Source of the DNA: Candidatus Saccharimonadota bacterium
Lineage (GTDB): Bacteria > Patescibacteriota > Saccharimonadia > Saccharimonadales > Saccharimonadaceae
DNA: 62,045 nt
Reading direction: 5' to 3'
NCBI GenBank assembly: GCA_014379635.1
Contig: JACMLL010000033.1
Location: 1-62,045, forward strand
The position numbers and the translations under genes were made by a program. Under the pieces are notes generated by a model that saw only the letters and a list, made by a program, of their open reading frames with translations, searched no databases and was not told where the DNA came from. Below, one piece after another: positions 59,086-62,045 of this stretch (positions within the stretch are counted from its first letter, which is position 1; each line of letters opens with the position of its first letter).

Positions 59086-59810
59086 CGCGTATCAATCCCT
59101 AGCTGGCTAGACCATAGCTCGCTGGCAAGCGGCCAGGCATTAAAGCTACACCCTTGTAAGTCAATTGACTGCTGTTGCATTACCGGCGCTGCTTGACCAG
59201 CTCCACCACACGTCTGATGATTATGGCCTAGCCAATGACCCGTTTCATGGTTCACTACCATATCACGATAGCCTCTAATAGACCCGCCAGCATTGTTCCA
59301 AGACGACGTTGCCCCCAGCCACCTATCTTGGTTAATAATGACGTATTGCCCCACTCGGCAGCTGTAATCGGCACTACAGCCAGACGAGAAGCTTGGCAAT
59401 TGACTGGCTTCGCTGAGCACGAGTATAAAATTACCGCCGCTCGCTACCTCTGTAAAAACCGCTCCGAAGCGCGCCCATCCCCTGCTGTCGTTAAGAGTCG
59501 CATTGGCTTGCGACCGAAATTCTGCCATATCTGCCGTAACCGTACCTCGTGTCGTGACGCTATACGTCACGGTCCTTTTCGCCGCCGCAGCTTGACTTGC
59601 CGCAGCGGTGGCCACGTCCTGCGCCTTTAGCCACGCTGGCGACTGAATATCTGGGGTCTTGATAGCCTCTAGGGCAGACGGAAGGGTTCGCATGCCATAA
59701 ACGCTCAACGAACCGACGGTCATTGATGACGTGCCGCTCAGAGGCAATGCGCCCATCATAAGCAAGCCTGGGGTTACGATTGCATATATCACCGAGCTCA
59801 TTACACGCAT
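59082..59810 (-). CDS. DUF3152-like zinc metallopeptidase
   Basis: ATLNDSRGW, YSCR, INQDRW, YR.MVVNHETGHWLGHNH..C...AAPVMQQQS. Confidence 0.85.
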   Translation of the reverse strand: MRVMSSVIYAIVTPGLLMMGALPLSGTSSMTVGSLSVYGMRTLPSALEAIKTPDIQSPAWLKAQDVATAAASQAAAAKRTVTYSVTTRGTVTADMAEFRSQANATLNDSRGWARFGAVFTEVASGGNFILVLSEASQLPSFSSGCSADYSCRVGQYVIINQDRWLGATSSWNNAGGSIRGYRDMVVNHETGHWLGHNHQTCGGAGQAAPVMQQQSIDLQGCSFNAWPLASELWSSQLGIDTR

Positions 59811-59858
59811 ATAGCTTTTAGTATAACCTACGCCGAACTTGTCGACCGCTCATTATGC

Positions 59859-61769
59859 TCACGAACGTGCCATAGTCCATAATGCCGCCTTGTTTCTTGA
59901 GAACTCGGCACTAGTGCTGCTCGCAAGCTCCACCAGTACGCTCGGCAGACCGAGTTTTTCGCGTATCCAATCGTCATAGGTACCACTAATCGAATAGTCA
60001 AAGGCGCCGACACTGCCAGTCATGTTCCGATAGCCAGTCATTTGAGCATAAGTGGCGGCGAGTGACAGCGAGTCACCTCCTTGATTAGCAATCGCATACC
60101 CGGCCACACTGTGAAATGACATTGTCAGGCGCGGTCGCAAACGAGTAGTAAATGTAGCAATTGCCTGCGTCTCTGTTTCTGACATTGGAACTGTGCCGCC
60201 GCCATTCTCAATTGGCCGGTTACTCGGCGATGTAATGTCTTTTTGCCAGTCGGCTGTATCGAAATTACGATTCAGATCGACATTATTTGCATTGTTACGA
60301 ATTCCTACGGCCACGCCGTCAGGGTTAAGAGCTGGAATAACGATAATTTGCTTGTCGGCTGGAATACTGTGGGCGTTAAGTTCGAGCTCGTCTACCCACG
60401 CTAACATCAGACGTTTCGCGCTCAGTTCATTTCCGTGAATTGAGCCTGTATACAGGACTGCTCGACCACCGCTGCCAAAGATATAGGCCGTAATAGGGCG
60501 GCCGTCTTTGGAATAGCCGATTGTTGAAATACTATGACAAATCGTACGAGATCCAAAACTCCAAGGCTCATTTTGAACAACTTCGTATCTGCTCTGCAGA
60601 CCACCGACGATACCAATAGTAAAATCAGTACATTTTGGTGCATTAACGTAGCTGATGAACGCTTGATTATCCTTTTTTGAGATGGTCGCCGCCACGCCCT
60701 TCAAGCTAATAAACTGCAATATATCTTGTGTATCGGACAGTGGTTGATCAAATGTCAGTACTACTGTTTGCGTCAGAGCCGCCCCTGTTTTTCCGACATT
60801 CACAGCCGTTACTTTTGGTCCGCCGGATACTGTAAAGTTCGTTTTATACAAATCGGCAAGCGTGCTGCCGTCTTTGGCTTCTAGTTTGTCGATCGAAAGC
60901 TCATAGGCCGCACCTCGAGCAAGATCGTCGGTAAAACTTAGGATTGCCTGCTTGTTGTCGAATATTGAGGTCGAGACTACCTCTGTTCGCTTGGCGCCCT
61001 CGACTTTATTAAGGGTAATATTAGCCTTGACGACATCCTTATCAAATTCAACCGAGAACGATTTTGGTTTTTCGTAAATTTTCAGACCTTCACTCACCGA
61101 CGACTTAATAACAGATGTCGCGGTTAGCATTGTCAGACTCTTTTTCGCGACCATACCTACCTTTTTATCATCGAACACGCGCACTAACTGGGCGCTATAG
61201 CTAGCTCCTTGCGTCAGCTCCAGTGAGGCAATATTACAATGGACCGTCGAATAGTTCACCGGACAAAGTGCAATTTTGTTGTTTATCTCTAATTGGTAGT
61301 CAAAAACCGTGTCGGCGCTGCTAAGATCAATAACTAGTGGCTTATTTGTCGGAATAGGTTTTATTAACGCGTCTGTATAGGCAATCGGTGGTTTTGGTAC
61401 ATTGAAGGCAAATGTCGTCTTGCCAAACCACCCACCAAACGGCGCAACGCTCACTTTTGAGACACCGGCTCGTGGTGCCGCCTTAGCAGTAAAGCAGGTC
61501 TTTAGCGAAACAAGCTCCACAGAACCCAGCTTGAGCGTATCGATGGTTTTAGCATTAAAATCCGAGTCACCACTTGACCGACTGAGGCTCGGTAGTAGCG
61601 TTACCTGCCGTATGCAGGTACTACCTGCATAGGAAAACTGCACCGGTTTATTAGCAAAAAAGGCTACAGTAAAGAGAATTACTATTACTGCACAGATTGG
61701 AATTGTTATCTTGAGAGGTAACCGTGTGAATATTTTTTTAATCTGGTTAATTTTTTGTTTAATAAACAT
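59859..61769 (-). CDS. Membrane-anchored Ig-like domain protein with C-terminal M14 zinc carboxypeptidase (MpaA-like)
   Basis: TM segment, beta-rich repeats, IHGNE, NPDG, RNNANNVDLNRNF, SFHS, VEL. Confidence 0.85.
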   Translation of the reverse strand: MFIKQKINQIKKIFTRLPLKITIPICAVIVILFTVAFFANKPVQFSYAGSTCIRQVTLLPSLSRSSGDSDFNAKTIDTLKLGSVELVSLKTCFTAKAAPRAGVSKVSVAPFGGWFGKTTFAFNVPKPPIAYTDALIKPIPTNKPLVIDLSSADTVFDYQLEINNKIALCPVNYSTVHCNIASLELTQGASYSAQLVRVFDDKKVGMVAKKSLTMLTATSVIKSSVSEGLKIYEKPKSFSVEFDKDVVKANITLNKVEGAKRTEVVSTSIFDNKQAILSFTDDLARGAAYELSIDKLEAKDGSTLADLYKTNFTVSGGPKVTAVNVGKTGAALTQTVVLTFDQPLSDTQDILQFISLKGVAATISKKDNQAFISYVNAPKCTDFTIGIVGGLQSRYEVVQNEPWSFGSRTICHSISTIGYSKDGRPITAYIFGSGGRAVLYTGSIHGNELSAKRLMLAWVDELELNAHSIPADKQIIVIPALNPDGVAVGIRNNANNVDLNRNFDTADWQKDITSPSNRPIENGGGTVPMSETETQAIATFTTRLRPRLTMSFHSVAGYAIANQGGDSLSLAATYAQMTGYRNMTGSVGAFDYSISGTYDDWIREKLGLPSVLVELASSTSAEFSRNKAALWTMARS

Positions 61770-61909
61770 CTTTGTCTATTTTACCATAAGCATCGTACGC
61801 TCATCTGGCTTCGGATAACTCTACAACACCCAGCTCGCCGTTTTGTTATTCGGTACACCGTGCTAAATATTTAATTAGTGTTAGGCGGGAAGTAAAAAAG
61901 ACATCAAAG

Positions 61910-61940
61910 AAAAAGACCATCCTATTCGGATGGTCTTTTT
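61910..61940 (-). terminator. rRNA operon terminator
   Basis: AAAAGACCATCC-TATTC-GGATGGTCTTTT directly after the 5S rRNA. Confidence 0.8.
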
Positions 61941-61943
61941 ATA

Positions 61944-62045
61944 ATTCGGCACCGTGCTAGTTTCCCGCAATGCAGTATAATCGCCGCTGCTGAGCTTGAC
62001 TTCTGTGTTCGGAATGAGAACAGGTATTTCCCCAGCGCCATGGGC
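61944..62045 (-). rRNA. rrf: 5S rRNA (5' end cut by the window edge)
   Basis: Minus strand reads ..ACCTGTTCTCATTCCGAACACAGAAGTCAAGC..GCGGCGAT.ATACTG..GGGAAACTAGCACGGTGCC; contains the conserved CCGAAC loop. Confidence 0.95.

Noticed and set aside
1..62045. Alternative genetic code 25 (UGA=Gly) as in Gracilibacteria/Absconditabacteria
   Set aside because: Genes are full length under code 11, several end in TGA, and RF2 is intact.

Overview
Chromosomal segment (mid-40s % GC by eye, most genes on the minus strand) from a small-genome bacterium. The gene repertoire points to Patescibacteria/CPR, most likely Saccharibacteria (TM7). Supporting signs are streamlined IF2, S1, EF-Ts and ProRS, a tsf-frr-uppS-rseP-proS cluster lacking pyrH/cdsA/dxr, pilin-type proteins, and no central-metabolism genes. 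This assignment is inference. The content is mostly housekeeping: translation (rpmA, prfB, hpf, serS, lysS, proS, frr, tsf, rpsB, rpmE2, prfA, prmC, rplU, ileS, map, rpsU, def, fmt, infB, rpsA), division and envelope (ftsEX, a CHAP hydrolase, ctpA, murD, LCP, ftsAZ, parAB), secA, lepB, recJ, priA, and the 3' part of a 5S rRNA at the right edge. No CRISPR array, transposase, integrase, reverse transcriptase or tRNA was recognised. The most interesting signals are: (1) a ~390 bp array of nested hairpins at the left edge; (2) an Actinobacteria-style ultrashort-Stem-I ileS T-box that ends in an apparent intrinsic terminator and controls a type-2 IleRS whose HIGH motif reads HHGT; (3) a pilin fused to an FGE-sulfatase/C-type-lectin domain that looks like a remote DGR target; (4) a recurring ATGCTTATG-like element next to -10 boxes, with near-identical promoters on two orphan genes 50 kb apart; (5) widespread leaderless or very short-leader genes; (6) a cysteine-free NrdR; (7) an identical 24-aa GGQ segment in RF1 and RF2.
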